This document shows, in pieces, positions 23,101 to 35,700 of a stretch of DNA of 64,000 bases. The notes beneath the pieces were generated by a model that did not search any database, was not told the DNA's origin, and saw only the letters and a program-made list of their open reading frames with translations. The DNA is from Phaeosaccion multiseriatum (lineage: Eukaryota > Protista > Ochrophyta, other classes): positions 434,001 through 498,000 of the forward strand of contig OZ218964.1 in the NCBI GenBank assembly GCA_965112735.1. Reading direction: 5' to 3'. The position numbers were made by a program, and so were the translations under genes. The stretch's first letter is position 1, and every line of letters starts with the position of its first letter.

Positions 23101-26100
23101 GTCGGCACTGGCACTAGCGAAGCCCTCGGCCCCGCCCCGGGCAAGACAGGTGATGGCAGCGGTGTGGGCCTTGACGCAAGCTGTGCAGTTCCTCCCTTCC
23201 CACCTGTAGAGGTGGCCGCTGGCGGATCCCGACACCAGGTAGCCGTCCACCGCCAGCAGGCAGAGGAGCGTCTGTAGGAAGCCCTTGTTGCCGAAGATAC
23301 CCTGCTCCCCCTTGAAGGTGCCCCCCACTTTAGTCCACACCATCATGTGGTCCACGCCGCACGTGCCGAAGGAGTCAATGCCGCAGAATTGCACATCCAT
23401 GACCGGCTGAGCCGTGGTCGGGCTGGTGAACAGAGTGGTGTTGCTCCTCCAGTGGGATACTGCAACTGAGTGTTGGGCATCCATACCCATGCTCAACAGC
23501 AGGGCTCCCCCGGGGGCGAAGCTGAGGAGGAGAGAGGCAGACAGAGGCCGAGGGGGGTAGAGGAGAGGGGTGAGAGATTCCGCGCCACTATCCGGGCATC
23601 AAGGGCTCGTAAGACTTTAGGCATAGGCAAAGAGCTGTCCGCTGTCCCTCTCACTCTCACTCTCACTCGCCCCCATTTCCTTCGCGCCCTCTCTTTGTCC
23701 CACACAGACATACATTCATTCAATCTCCCTCTCCCTCTCCTTTGTCTCCTCCTACCCCCCCCCCCTGCCTCTGTCACCCCCTGCCCCTCACCTGACGTGG
23801 CTCACACCCTTGACATGGAAACCCCTGATGCAGGCAAGCACCTCTTGCGTCTCCACGCACCACACGAGCACCTTTGGCCGACAGCCCGTCTCCCCAGACG
23901 CCGCCACGCTGGGGTTTATGCACTTGGTCGCTTCAGGGCCAAGAAGATCATCCTCGCCCTTCTTGGGTACATACACGGTGAGGCATCGGATGGAGTCCGA
24001 GTGTGCCACGCAGTGCATCTGTGAGTCCGCGGAGTGGTTGTACACCACTCCTGTGGAGCCGCTCGGGTACACAATGTCACCAGAACGACTGAGGAGAGCG
24101 AGGAGGGGCGAGGAGGGAGGGAAGGATTAGTCATTCAAGTAGTCGCCAAGAGGACCAAGCCAAGGCCTTGTGCGGGCAGCAGGGTTTCTGCTTGCTCATG
24201 CTCACGCATACTCCTCTCTCTCTCTCTCACTCACCCGAGGTGCACGCAATTTCGAGACGCGTTGGTGTTGAAGCCGTACGCCCATTCGAGCTCCATGCTT
24301 ATCATAGGGGCCCTGCGCAAGGTTGGGGGTCAAGGTTGGGGGTCAAGGTGGGGAGCCAATGTTGGGGGCAAGGGAAGGTGAGAAGAGTCGGCTGGGCTGG
24401 CTCCCTCCAACTCGGGTGATGGCAGCAAATGAAAGGCATCAAAGCAAGCGCAAACTCAAACTCACGTCTTGGTGAGGTCGGGCACGACGGTGGGCTCAGT
24501 GAAGGCCACGGTGTTCTGCCACGGTTGCTGAGGCTCGATGTCCACCACCAGCCCTCTGGAGGGAGGCAGTGAGACGAGACGTTGGGGGGCGCGAAGGAAG
24601 ACCCGAGGAGCATCAAGGTCAAGGAGGGGGATAAAGATTAAGAAAGGAGGGGGTGAGAAAGTGAGTGAGTGAGTGAGTGAGTGAGTGAGTGAGTGAGTGA
24701 GTGAGTGAGTGAGTGAGTGAGTGAGTGAGTGAGTGAGAGTGAGTGAGTGAGTGAGAGTGAGTGAGTGAGGGTGAGTGAGTGAGTGGGTGAGCGGAACGGA
24801 AGGGACAGCATCACCCCTCCGGGAATCTCTGTTCTCTTTGAGGATTTCCGAGTCTTGTCACCCTCTCACTCGAACTAACCTGTCCTCCACGGCCCTTCTG
24901 AGGAGAAGGCCCCCGTCCAAGTCTGTGCTGGCCATGTGCAGTCCCTCCACGCTCTCTCGCACCGTCTCCTCCTTATCCACTAGGTCCTTGGCCGCTCTGT
25001 CCACAAAGGTGGGCCGAGCGATACCCAGCTCCACCACGCGGCAGTACTCCACCCAGGATACCACCTAAGAGGGGACGGGCCGAGGATGGTCAAGGCCGAG
25101 GGAGTAGGGGGAAGGGTCGTTGTTGTTGTGCAAGAGGAGCCAACCCAATCAACCCAATCCTCGGGCCAGCACAAGCGCTGTATCACTCGAGCATCCCCGC
25201 TAGGAAGGAAGGAAGAGAGAGCGAGAGCCGGAGATCGGCCGACACATGAGCCCCTGAGCCCCTGAGCCCCTTACCCTACCCAGAGATTACGTCCGTACCT
25301 CCGGGGTCTTTCTGCAGAAGGAGATGAAGTCGTCAATGCTGATTTGACTATCACTCTCCTCGCCGGCCTTCATGCGCGAGGAGGAGGTGTCAAACGCGCT
25401 CATGGCCACAGACTCCAGTTCCGTCTCCAGGGGGGGGTCGATACCGCAGAGCTTACAGATACCGCTGATGGTGCTGCGCATGGCGAGGATCATTTCGTCG
25501 ATGCTCAGCATACCGCTCTCGTCAAAGTCGTAGATACCGAACACGTAGCGAATCTGAGCAAGAAAGAGGTAGGTAGGCAGGCACAGAGTCGCGCGCTCGT
25601 GTGTGTGAGTGCGTGAGTGAAATAGAGAGAGGGACGAGAGGGTGGGGGGTAAGCTCCAGAGGAACTAGAGGGAACGGAATCGGTATCAACAACTGGGTCG
25701 CTCGGGGGTTCCGCATCTAACCTTCTCGTCCAAAGACATGCCCGAGAGAATGGCGAAGGAGGCCAGAAACTCTAGCGCGTCGACGAGGTCATTCTCGTCG
25801 TCGTCGAAGGCGCTGAACACCACCAGGGCAATCTCCTCGAGATGCGACTCCGTGAAGGCCAGGTGCTCCTGCAGTAGGAGGGGGGAGGACGGCAGAGTAA
25901 GAGCAAAGGGGGCTGACTCTGTGTACTTTGTAGAGCAAACAAGAGCATGCATGACCCCTCACCTTTAAAGAAGCTCTGAGGATGTCCTTAAACTCCTCCA
26001 GTGTGAGCCCGAAGCCCTCCGCTACATCGTTAAAGGCCTCCCACAAATCGTGAACACAGTATCGAGGGACTGAGAAGGAAGGAGAGAGGAGAGAGGGCAT

Positions 26101-26378
26101 GATGATGAGAAGAGAGCAAGAAGCGAGTGGCATGTGTTGGAGAAATGTCACGGCAAGGTGAGCGTCAAGGCTTCGGCTAGTGGTAAGGCAAGTCTACAAG
26201 CCTTAGGTTTCCGGACTGAGGCACGATGAAGAAGAAATAAGCACTCACTCCTTTCCACATCTGGCATAAGGTGCCAGCAATGAAGTAGCTTTGCAGCAGC
26301 TTCAGGAATGAACTTACGGTTCGTGATGAAGACGATCTCCGGAGAGACTAGGGGGGCTCTCCCGATTGTCTGACCCAT
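10236..26378 (-). CDS. EML6: EML5/EML6-like echinoderm microtubule-associated protein (three HELP + WD40 tandem-propeller units) with an N-terminal EF-hand module, ~2381 aa
   Basis: 35 GT-AG exons totalling 7146 nt in one frame (first 26378-26318, last 10492-10236). HELP-like motifs ELEWAYGF (~24290), [20 protein letters not shown] (~19230) and LSLLNVHG (~14430). Three copies of the EML end motif: [39 protein letters not shown]. Also W..W/Q...FGWPVQG/A motifs and EF loops [12 protein letters not shown] and [12 protein letters not shown]. The symbol denotes family resemblance, not proven orthology. Confidence 0.92.
11309..11387. repeat. (AAGTTC)n hexamer repeat, intronic
   Basis: About 13 near-perfect copies. 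Confidence 0.9.
11929..12276. repeat. Perfect (GAG)~116 trinucleotide tract, intronic; reads (CTC)n on the transcript, abutting a 3' splice site
   Basis: 348 nt uninterrupted; acceptor AG at 11918-11917. Confidence 0.95.
13505..13820. repeat. Mixed (CACT)/(CCCT) microsatellite, intronic
   Basis: Reads (GTGA/GGGA)n on the transcript, starting at the donor at 13821. Confidence 0.9.
13995..14080. repeat. 21-mer tandem repeat (ACACAACATACAAACACATAC-like), intronic
   Basis: About 4 copies next to the acceptor at 13981. Confidence 0.85.
16611..16719. repeat. 12-mer (CATATGGGCAGG)n tandem repeat, intronic
   Basis: About 9 copies adjacent to the acceptor at 16600. Confidence 0.9.
17411..17476 (-). 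repeat. (GTGGGTAACGG)x6 beginning exactly at a 5' splice site
   Basis: Six perfect 11-mers; the first GT is the donor of exon 17697-17477. Confidence 0.92.
19602..19952. repeat. (CCCT)n-type tract; reads (GGGA)n on the transcript directly after a donor
   Basis: About 350 nt. Confidence 0.9.
22587..22962. repeat. (GGGA)n/(GA)n tract, intronic
   Basis: About 375 nt, purine-rich on the plus strand. Confidence 0.9.
24661..24790. repeat. (GTGA)n tract; reads (CTCA)n on the transcript
   Basis: About 30 copies in intron 24879-24556. Confidence 0.9.
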
Positions 26379-26757
26379 CGCTCCTCGCTGTGTCAGGCAA
26401 TTTCCTTCACCCTCAAAAGTATAATCTCACTTATGGCTGCGTGGGCTCAACGAGCATGACTCAGGTCCCCATTGAAAAGAAAAAAAGTAAGTCTCCTTTC
26501 ATTTGTAGCCCGAACCGTTGGCAGTTTCAGTGCCAGTTTGGAGATGAGTTTGAAGTTTAAATTTGATCTGTCGAAAAATCAACGCGCCGACGATGTCCTC
26601 TTCACCCCCGCTCCCTCATCTTACGTGTATATTTATACCTCCTCTCCATGCACTGTCTTGAAGGAGAGAGGAAGGCGGCCAAATGAAAGTTTTAATTTGA
26701 TTTTGCATCAGGGAGTGAGGGCAACTCGCTCTTCCGGGGTTGGAAGAGAGGGAGACA
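26379..26757. promoter_or_regulatory. Putative bidirectional promoter/5' UTR region between the EML and VPS13 genes
   Basis: Divergent ATGs 379 bp apart; the region is AT-richer and repeat-free. Confidence 0.55.
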
Positions 26758-29700
26758 ATGAATCCCGTTAGCAGGCGGATGGCGGCGTGGCTGGGCAGGC
26801 ACCTGCGGAAGTTCGTGGAGGATGTCGACGAGGAGCTTCTGCAGGTCGGTAGCAGCTAGTATGGCTCTCATCCGTTGCACCAGAGAGACTTGACTTGGAC
26901 GCGTTGGGGGAGGAGGGCAACAACGTCGGAGTTAGCTTCTGAGCCGTGGCCCTTTCTGAAGGCGGGGAAGGGATGCACCTTCCTTATACTGTGTGAGCGA
27001 TGTAGGGAACCGGGACTTTACGCCACTACTCACAAATGTCCCCACCTTTTTTTTCCTCTGCTCACAACCCTCATTTCCTTGTCCTCTTTGCTTTGTCTCG
27101 CTCGACGCCGAATATATAACCAGGCGGGCATGTGGTCGGGGGACCTCTTGCTGGAGGACCTCGTCGTGCGGAGGGACGCCCTTCGCCGCACCATCCACGC
27201 GCCCGTCCTCCTCTGCCTCGGAACCATTGGCTCCATACGCATTCAGGTACTGTGCCTCCTACTCAAACGACAGTGAGCAAGAGGGGTAGTTGTGATGTCC
27301 AATCGAAGTGACCTCCACACAAGCAGCAGCAGCCCAAGAGAGAGAGGGAAGGAGGGAAGGGAGGGTCTGTCTCTTTGCCGAGCGTGCGTATTGATCTGGT
27401 CCCGCCCCACTCAACGAATGATTGAATGAATGCTTGTGCTTACAGGTGCCCTGGAAGACCTTCGCCAGCGGCCGCGTTTCCTTGTGCATCAGGGACGTAA
27501 CGCTGGTGATGGAGCCGCTCGGGTCTGACATGTACGAGGAGGAGGTGGAGGAGGCCATTCGCAGGGCCATCTTCGAGTGCAAACAGGTGAGGGAGGGAGG
27601 CACACTTTGATACCAAGCGCTCTCTGTCTGCCCATTGCATTACCATATTTGCGTGGCAGTGGCCTGTGCTCTCGGGCCTTGTTGTTGGATTGCTCTTGCC
27701 CGCCCTCAGTCCACCTCATCTCATCTGAGCCTTACCTGCGTGCCTTTGGCAACCCCTGCCCCACTGTCACTGACGCACAGGCCAAGCTCGCCAAGGCGGA
27801 GGCGCTGCTGGCGGGTGTGCGCAAGTCGGGAGGGTGGCTGGGCAGGCTGGTGTCAGGACTGGCAGGCTCGTTCATCTCACGCATCATCCGCCACCTGAGC
27901 ATCGAGGTACACAACGTGCACGTGGTTTGGCAGCAGCAGGTGAGAAGGGAGGCCGAGAGAGAGAGAGGGAGGAAGGGGATGGGCATTGGTCGGGGGCTTA
28001 CGGCTGGCGCGCGAGGCTACCATTAAGGGAGGAACCCACGTAACGGGCCCCTCCCGATCTCCCTATCCAGTGTCTTCGTCGAGCCGTTTTCGCGTCTTAC
28101 TTCCTTTTTATCGCCTGTCACCCACCACTCAGTCCCCGTACGACACAAGCGTGATGACCGCCGTTGGGCTGCATCTTGAGAGCTTCGAGGTCACACCCAT
28201 CGCTGCCGCACCCGTAGCAGAGGGAGGGGTGGATGGCAACAGAAGAAGCCAGGCCTCGGGCAGCATGGCCGGGGATGCATCGGGGCGGGCAGGGGCGGTG
28301 GCGGCGGCAGCAGCGGGAGAGGAAGTGGAGGCGACGGCAATTCGGGCTACCAAGGCGCTCAAGGTGGAAGGCCTGAGAGTGTACGCGAAGGGTAGCACAG
28401 CAGAGTGGTGGGAAGGCGAAGACTTTGCTCCCTTCCCGCCCCCGGTGAAAGAGGAGAGCACAGGGAGGGAGACGTATATACTCAATGGGCTTCATGTGGA
28501 GGGGTGGGTTCAGCTGAGGCAGATTTCTACTGGCGTGGCTGCTGTGGCCGCTGGAGGGGCAAGTGTGGTAAAGGCCACCACAGAAGCGGCAACAGCAGTG
28601 ACGAGTGTTGCAGCAGACAAGGCGGTGGAGGAAGCGGAAGAAGGCGGGGCAAGGAGGCGAGTAAGCGGATCCGATAGCAGCAGTAGGGGGCCCTCGCCAC
28701 GCCCGCCAACAGCACCGCCTGCTTCGGCCTCCACCGGAGAAGAGCAGCAGCGGCAGGCATCGTCCCCCCCGCCCCCCGCTCTGGTGGCCATCTCGCTGAG
28801 TGCCGCCCCGTGTCGCCTGTGTCTGACCACGCGCCAGTTCGGCGTGCTGTGCGACGTGGCGACGGCTCTGTCCATGGCCAAGCAAAGGTGGCGCTTCCGC
28901 GGAGAGAGGCCCATGGTCGGGCCGATGGAGGAGCCGGGGCAGTGGTGGCGGTACGCGTGTGCGTGCGTGGTGCGCGAGAGACGGACGAGGGAGGGGGGGG
29001 CGTCGCTGGGCATGTCTTGGGAGTCTGTGCTCAAGCGTGCGAAGCTGCGCAGTGGGTACATGAAGCTCTACAAGAGGCTTCTCCTCTTTGGCATGGCTGA
29101 TGACGACAAGGAGGAGCAGCAGCAGCGGCAGAAGAAGCAACAGGAGAAGGAAGGAGGAAGAGGAGCGGGGGAGGGCAATGCGGGGATGACTTTTAGTTCT
29201 GAGGAGGGAGACCAAGCTGCCCCTGGGGTGGTGCGAGGGGAGGAGCTGGAGAAGCGGGCGAACACCGTGAGGGGCAAGTCGGAGCAAAACGGTCACACCC
29301 TCTACAGCTCGGACAAGAGAAGGTGGGTGGATTGTCAACTGCGGGTATGGTGGCGATGTGCAATTGTCAGCCGCAGAGACGGTGCCGGCGCATGAACTGG
29401 AAAGGTCCGACTGCCCTTGCGAACCTCGTCTTGCTGTTGTTTCTCTTTCTCACTCTCTTGCCTCTGCCTCTCTCTGTCGCTGTCTCTTTCCCCTGCGTGT
29501 TGCCCGACACCGATAGGAGTATGGCAGTGCGGGCGTGGGAAGTGCGCGAACTGTTGGCTATGGAGGACGTGCTGTCCATTGAGGAGATCTTGCTGTACAG
29601 AGGCGTCACGCGCTCCAGGATACAGGAGAGGTCTTCTTGTGGAGCCGGCGCCGGACAAGGCTACTTGGGCAGGGCATATGGCTGGCTCACGGGGGGGCGC

Positions 29701-32700
29701 AAGGAGGAGGAGGAGGAGGAGGGGGAGGGGGAGGGGGCTGGGGGTGCGGGCGGAGGCATCAAGGGAAATGATTGGGAAGCGTGGACGGGTATCGACAAGC
29801 GAGAGTTTGATAAGGTAGCCTTGCTCATCCGCAGACACTGGGTGGAGCAAGAAGGGGGGGAGGGGGCAGATAAACAGGTGGGGGACCGAGGCGTGGATGC
29901 AACTCCGATCATTTCTCTCCACCTGCGTGTACCGGAGGTCCTCATGGAGCTGAAGGGCCCGTCTTCGATGGCGAACTATGGGTCGTCGTTTCTCTCCATG
30001 CCTCTCAGTGCTTCCTCGTCGCCGAGAGTGCAAAGACGGCAAGGGCGCTTCGACGATGAAGGCGAATTTTGCTCAGTCGGGCAGCAGCAGCAGCACCACC
30101 ACCACCACCACCACCAGCAGCAGCAGCAGCAGCAACAAGGAGAATCATCAGCCTTCTTTGCGTCCATGCCTGCGGAGGCCTCGCGCCACGAGCGGCACCT
30201 GCGTGCGGGAGGAGTGCCCGCGTACACGCAAGAGTATGTCATCTTCTCCGCGGTGGTGAGTGACATCACGTGGAGAAAGAGCAAGTTTGTGACCGGGAGG
30301 TCGGCCGGAGAGGCCTGCATCGGAGACGTTGTGGCGAGAGGCCTGGACCGACAAGAGCTCTTCTCCGTGCGGAGGAAGCGGGGACTGGAGGGAGCGTCCT
30401 CCAGTGCTGTTCGAATAAGTCTCGGCCTTGCTCCAGCGGACATGGCAGTAGAGAGTCTAGAGAGCTTCGCAGCGGCTCTCGCGGAGGATGAAGCTGGCAG
30501 CGACGGAGTACCAACTGCCGGGGAGAACTCGTCCTCGCTACTTTACCGCGCTGTGCGCAGGATGGACGTTTCTCTAGCCATACACGCGCAAGTCATGGAG
30601 GTGCACATGCGGCCCTCCTCCATCCAGGCCCTGTGCGACTTCGCCGCCTCCTCAGAGGTGCTCGTGCCCGGAAGCATAATGCTCCAAGTGCCTCGGCAGT
30701 ACGAGCGGCTCCGGCACATGGCCGCTGCTAGAAGAGCCGCGGCTACCACAGCGTCGGGCAACGCCGCTCCCGGGAGACTGGGTCGGCGCAGCATTGACGT
30801 TCGACTTGCAGGCGTGAATCTCGAAGTCGATCTGGGCTTGGCCAGCGGCAGCCTGAGCGGTGAGCTCAGCGGCGGGCCCTGCGGGGCAGGGGGGCGCGGG
30901 GAGCGCGTGAGTAGGGGCGTGGCGGTGAGAGAGGAGAAGACGGCCGACAAGCTTCGAATGTCTGACGGGCTTGCAGGCCGCCTTGGCGAGGAAGAGGGGG
31001 AGGAGGAGGAGGAGGAGGAGGAGGAGGAGGACGATGAGGGGAAGGAGGAGGTGGGGAGCGAAGCAGGTGACGCAGATGTGCGTATTGGTGGAGGAACCAG
31101 CGCCCGCGGCGCTGATGGGGTGCTGAAGTGGGGCAAGAAATCGAAAAGAGCAGAGGAGCCACTATTGCGTGCCAATGCGCAGAGTGCGTTGAGCAGCAGT
31201 ACCACGAGGCAGCCGGTGGCCATCCGACTGTCATTGGGGCCTTGTGTCATGCTTTGTTCAGGTCAGGAGGATCTGGAACGGGTGGAATGCACAGCAGCCG
31301 GGGTAGGAGGAGGAGGAGGAGGAGGAGGAGGAGGGGAATCGGCCCCCTCTCCGACATGGGCTCTTCTGGCAGACCTTGCTCCGTCCCAGTCAGCCCGAGC
31401 TCTGCTTCGCTCTCTGAAGTCCCCGGTGTGTGAGAGCGTGTATGTTCGTGTAACGCATCTGATGGTGGACGTTGTGTGTCAGGCTTCTTCTAGTGTCAGC
31501 GCTTCGTCTCCGCATGCCCAAGGCACACCCACCGAACGCGGGGGAGGCATTGGTGCTGGTGCACGCAGGTGGGAAGGCGGGCTAGGGGCGCCGGTCAGGA
31601 CCCACAGTGCGCCCAGAGGTGCGGTCTGTTCTGAAGAAGCTGCGTCGCGCCGCAGCTCCATGCCTGTTGCGGCGGCTGCGGCTGCTGCCACGCGGCGGTT
31701 ATCCGCGGACAATGGGACGGGCTTCTTTGCAGGCCGCCGAAGCAAGGGACTGATGATGGTAGGGGCAGCCTCTGACGGGAGCCTGCCGCACGATTTTATT
31801 TGCGTGCCGGTGACTCTGGGGGCTGAGGGCTGGGGAGGCGAGGTGGTGTTGACGTTGTGTACCGTCGGAGGGCACCCCTCTCTGCCCGCTGTGCGAGTCG
31901 ACGCCATGCTCGAACCCTGCAAGCTCATGGTGTGTGCGGAGCTCCTTGCCGCGGCCACGGCCGTGGATACGAACGTGCGAGGCATGCTGGGCACGCCAGA
32001 GGCTGAAGACGGGGGAGGGAGGCCAAGAAGCGGTGCTGTCAGCCCCACACATGAGCCCGAGGTGTCAGGTACCGAGCACACCGCCTTGGACGTGAAGATG
32101 CTACCGCCCCGCATCGCCCTCTTGAGCGACCTGAAGCAGCTTCGTGTTGGAGTGGCCCTGTCAGGGCTGGAGGTGCGGCTCATGGGCCGTCTGTCCGACC
32201 TGGCCATGCCGCACTTGTCGAGGCAGAAGAGGGAGAGGCGCATGCGGACGGGGGTGGGGTGGCGCAACACTCGCTCCAAGGAGTGCGTGCAGCGCCTCGC
32301 CGCCACCATTTGTGAATACGGGACGGTGGACATTCCCGGGGTGGCCTATGCCTGCGCCATCTTCCTGGATAGTCTTGAGTTCTTTGGGCACGACAGGGCA
32401 CGAGTGGAGGAGGCACTGGCGCTGCTGACTCGCGAGGTGGGACGGCTCTGTGATTTGCATGGTGGTGCTTCAGGACAGGGGGGGGGGAACTCTTCGCCAC
32501 CACCGCCGCAGGAGGAGGAGGAGGAGGAGGAGGGAGATCAGCAGCAGAGAGCGGCGAGGGGCGGGCAGGAGCCAGGGGAGGAGGATTCCTTGCCCTCTCG
32601 CAGTGCCGAGCTGCAAGATGTTGTGCTACAGGCGATTCGGCTCCTCGCACAGACCAATGGTGCGGATGGAGGAGTGGAAGGGAGGGGAAGAGGTGGGGGG

Positions 32701-35700
32701 AGAGAGGGAGCGGAGCGGACTAGGCCTGGGGGCTCATCTCCGGGGCCCGCAAACGCAAGGGGAGGCGACACCGCCGCCTCCACCTATTCATACGCGCAGT
32801 ACTGCAGCGATGTGCACGAGGAGCTGCAGCTGCACGACATTCTCGTGTTAAGGGCAAGTGCGCTGTCTGTGGCTGTGACGAAGCTGACGTATGACTTCCG
32901 CGTGGAGGGCAGCGTGGAGGAAGCCGTGCTGCAAGACGCCGACGGGATGAAGATCGCCCGTGTGTGTATTGGGAGGGAGAAGGCAAGGCAAAAGGCCCAG
33001 GCTGATGCCGTTGTAGCGGCGGCGAATGCTCTGAGCGAGGCGCAGGGTGCCGGCCAGGGTGGCGGTTCGTTGTCGTCTGCGTACTGGAGCAGGGGGGGAG
33101 ATAGGCCCCCTATCAGTGCGGTGCGTAGAGGGAGTAGTCTTCGCTCCACATCGGCCTCTTCCGTTGGATCAGGAGGAGGTGGAGGAGGAGGAGGAGGAGG
33201 AGGAGGAGGAGGAGGAGGAGGAGAAGGAGGGGGGGCGAGGGCAAGGGCGAGGCGGGAGACTCAGCAGCGCCACGACTCCGAACAGGTACAGTTACAGTGA
33301 GGGGCGTTTGGGTACACTTCACTGTCACGTCGTGAACCGAGAAAATGTCCCGCCCTCGCGCACTGCTCCTCTCCTCTCCGTCTCCCCCGACATGTTGTCC
33401 ATCCGTCCTCTTGTAAAATCTCCCTCCCGCCCACTGCTCCTCTGATTTCGTCTCCTCTCTCTCCCCTCCGGCCCCCTAACCTGTTTTCCGCCCCTCCTTT
33501 TCTCTCTCAGGCGAAGCAGACGCTGGAGCGAGCGGCGGCCAGTGCGGCTCAAAGCCGCTCCTCAGAGGCGGCTCTCTCGGTAACGGTTGTGGGTCAGGAT
33601 GCAGCGCACATCTGGGGAGTAGGAGGGAGCCCCCCTTCCACTCTTGCTCGAGCCACAGCCCTCGCTCTTGCCTCCGTACACCCTCGCCAAGGCAATTGGG
33701 GTCCACCGCCCGATCCCGCCCTGCTCAACGCTCTGAAGCGAGACCGCGAGCAGCACCTGACCTTCTCCATCGGGGACGTGCACCTGGTGAGTGAGCCCGA
33801 CAGCCTCACACACGTGGTGATGGCCTTGCATGCGCTGGGGCAGGCGGGCAAAGAGGCCCGGCTGAGGCACCAAAGGATTCGCCGGAGGTGGCAGCGGCGA
33901 TGGCAGCAGCAGGGCACCTACCGCCGCCACAGCGGCAGCGGCAGCGTCGAGGGCGACAGGGGCGGTAGCACCAGCGGCGTTGGCCTGTACAGTGACCGTC
34001 ATGCTGCGCCTGCCATGTCTTGGCAGAGCGACAGTAAGCTCAGCGCGCCGGCGCCGTTCTTCTTCCGGGCGGCTGAAGACAGAGATGGAGACAGAGATAG
34101 TCGCAACCCTCAGGAGCAGCAGCGCCAGCAGAGGCCCTTGTCGCTACGCGAACTCCTCCCCCGCTGCTCTCTGACCTCCGTGTGGACGGTGCGGGTGGAC
34201 TGCTTCACGCTCCTCATGATGTTGCGGGGGCGCATGTTGGCCCGATTGGGAGTGGCAGGCGTGGCGGGTGACGCTATGCTGCAACAAGCTTGGAAGAAGG
34301 AGACTCCTCTCGGACCTGGAGCAGGGCCGCGTGTCAGGACAGGGGAAGGGAGGAGAAGGTCGTCTTCAGGGAGGGAGGGCGGGGAGGGCCGGGAGGGCCC
34401 CCCTCCTTTCGAGCGCTCGACGACTCTTACTTCGTTGGGTCTCACAGTTGACGACTGCCAGCTGCTGGATTTGTCTCCGGATGGCATGCTGCACCACGAG
34501 GTGATTTGTCGGAAGGGGTCGAGGGGAGATGTGTTTGCGCCTCCTTCTCTGCCCAGGCCCTTGGATGAGAAGATCAGCCGATTTCCCCCCGTCCACAGCT
34601 TTGGCACCAGTCACAGTGGTGGTGGCGGCGGGGGCCGTGGCGTGCGGGGATCTGTGCAATCGCCGTTGTCCCCACCCAGGCAGTACGCAGACGGGCAGGC
34701 AGGAGGCGACAGGGGAGCAGCAGCAGCAGCAGGAGGAGGAATCCCCGCTGCTGATGCTTCTTCTTCCCGTGCTCCGGCCTTGCCCTTTCTGGGGCTCGAT
34801 CTTCGCCCGCCGCCCTCCAACAAGTGTGTGCGAAGGTGTAGCTCCACCAGTGCATGTGCGAGCGCGAGTGCCGATGCCGATGCCGGTGCCAGCATCAGCG
34901 AGCTTTCTGTGCCGTCCCGAGAGCTCAACGTTCGGCTGAGCGGCGTCCGCGTGACCTTCCTGAACCGCTTCCTGCTGGAGTTGATGGAGTATGCCGGGCG
35001 GTGGGGTATAGGGCCCGTGGTGGCACTCGTCAAGGACCCTCACAGTGCGGCAGCGGCTCCAGCGCTAGCGGCGGCGGCAAGGCGGGCGTGGCGGAGGTGC
35101 GTAAGTTTATTTTGCCTCCTCTGCCTCTCCGTCCCGCCTTCGTTGGTGCCTTGCCTGTCTGTCTGTCTTCCTGTCTTTCTGATTGTCTGTCTTTCTTGCT
35201 CGTCTATATGTCCGACCGAAAGGGCCTGCATCTACGTGACGTCCTTCTCCTGACTCCTCACCCCCCCCTCCTACCCGCGGTCGTGGCATGTTCTGTCTTC
35301 CTTCCCTCCTTCAGGTCAAGTCATGTGCCGAGTACCAAGAGGATCAGTAAGGACGACCGTGCGGGTGCTGACGACTCAGATGTGGACTCACTTGGCGACG
35401 GCGGCCACGCTCCGGACGTGAGGGATGAGGAGGCTGGGGACAAGAGCAGCAGGATGGGCGAGGGGCGGCTGAACTCGGACGAATCCTCCAGCTTTGGGGG
35501 GTGGGGAGAGGACGACGAGGAGGGCTTCTACGACGACGATCAGTCGACCGCTTATGATAGTGAAGATGAGCAGAGACTCCTCATACAAGAGGAGGAGGCT
35601 GCTGCACTGGCTGCTGCTGCTGCTGCTGCTGCTGCTGCCGCCTCCACCGCAGCTGCCACTGCTTCGGGAACTAGTGGGGCGGAAGGGGGCCTTGCGAAGA

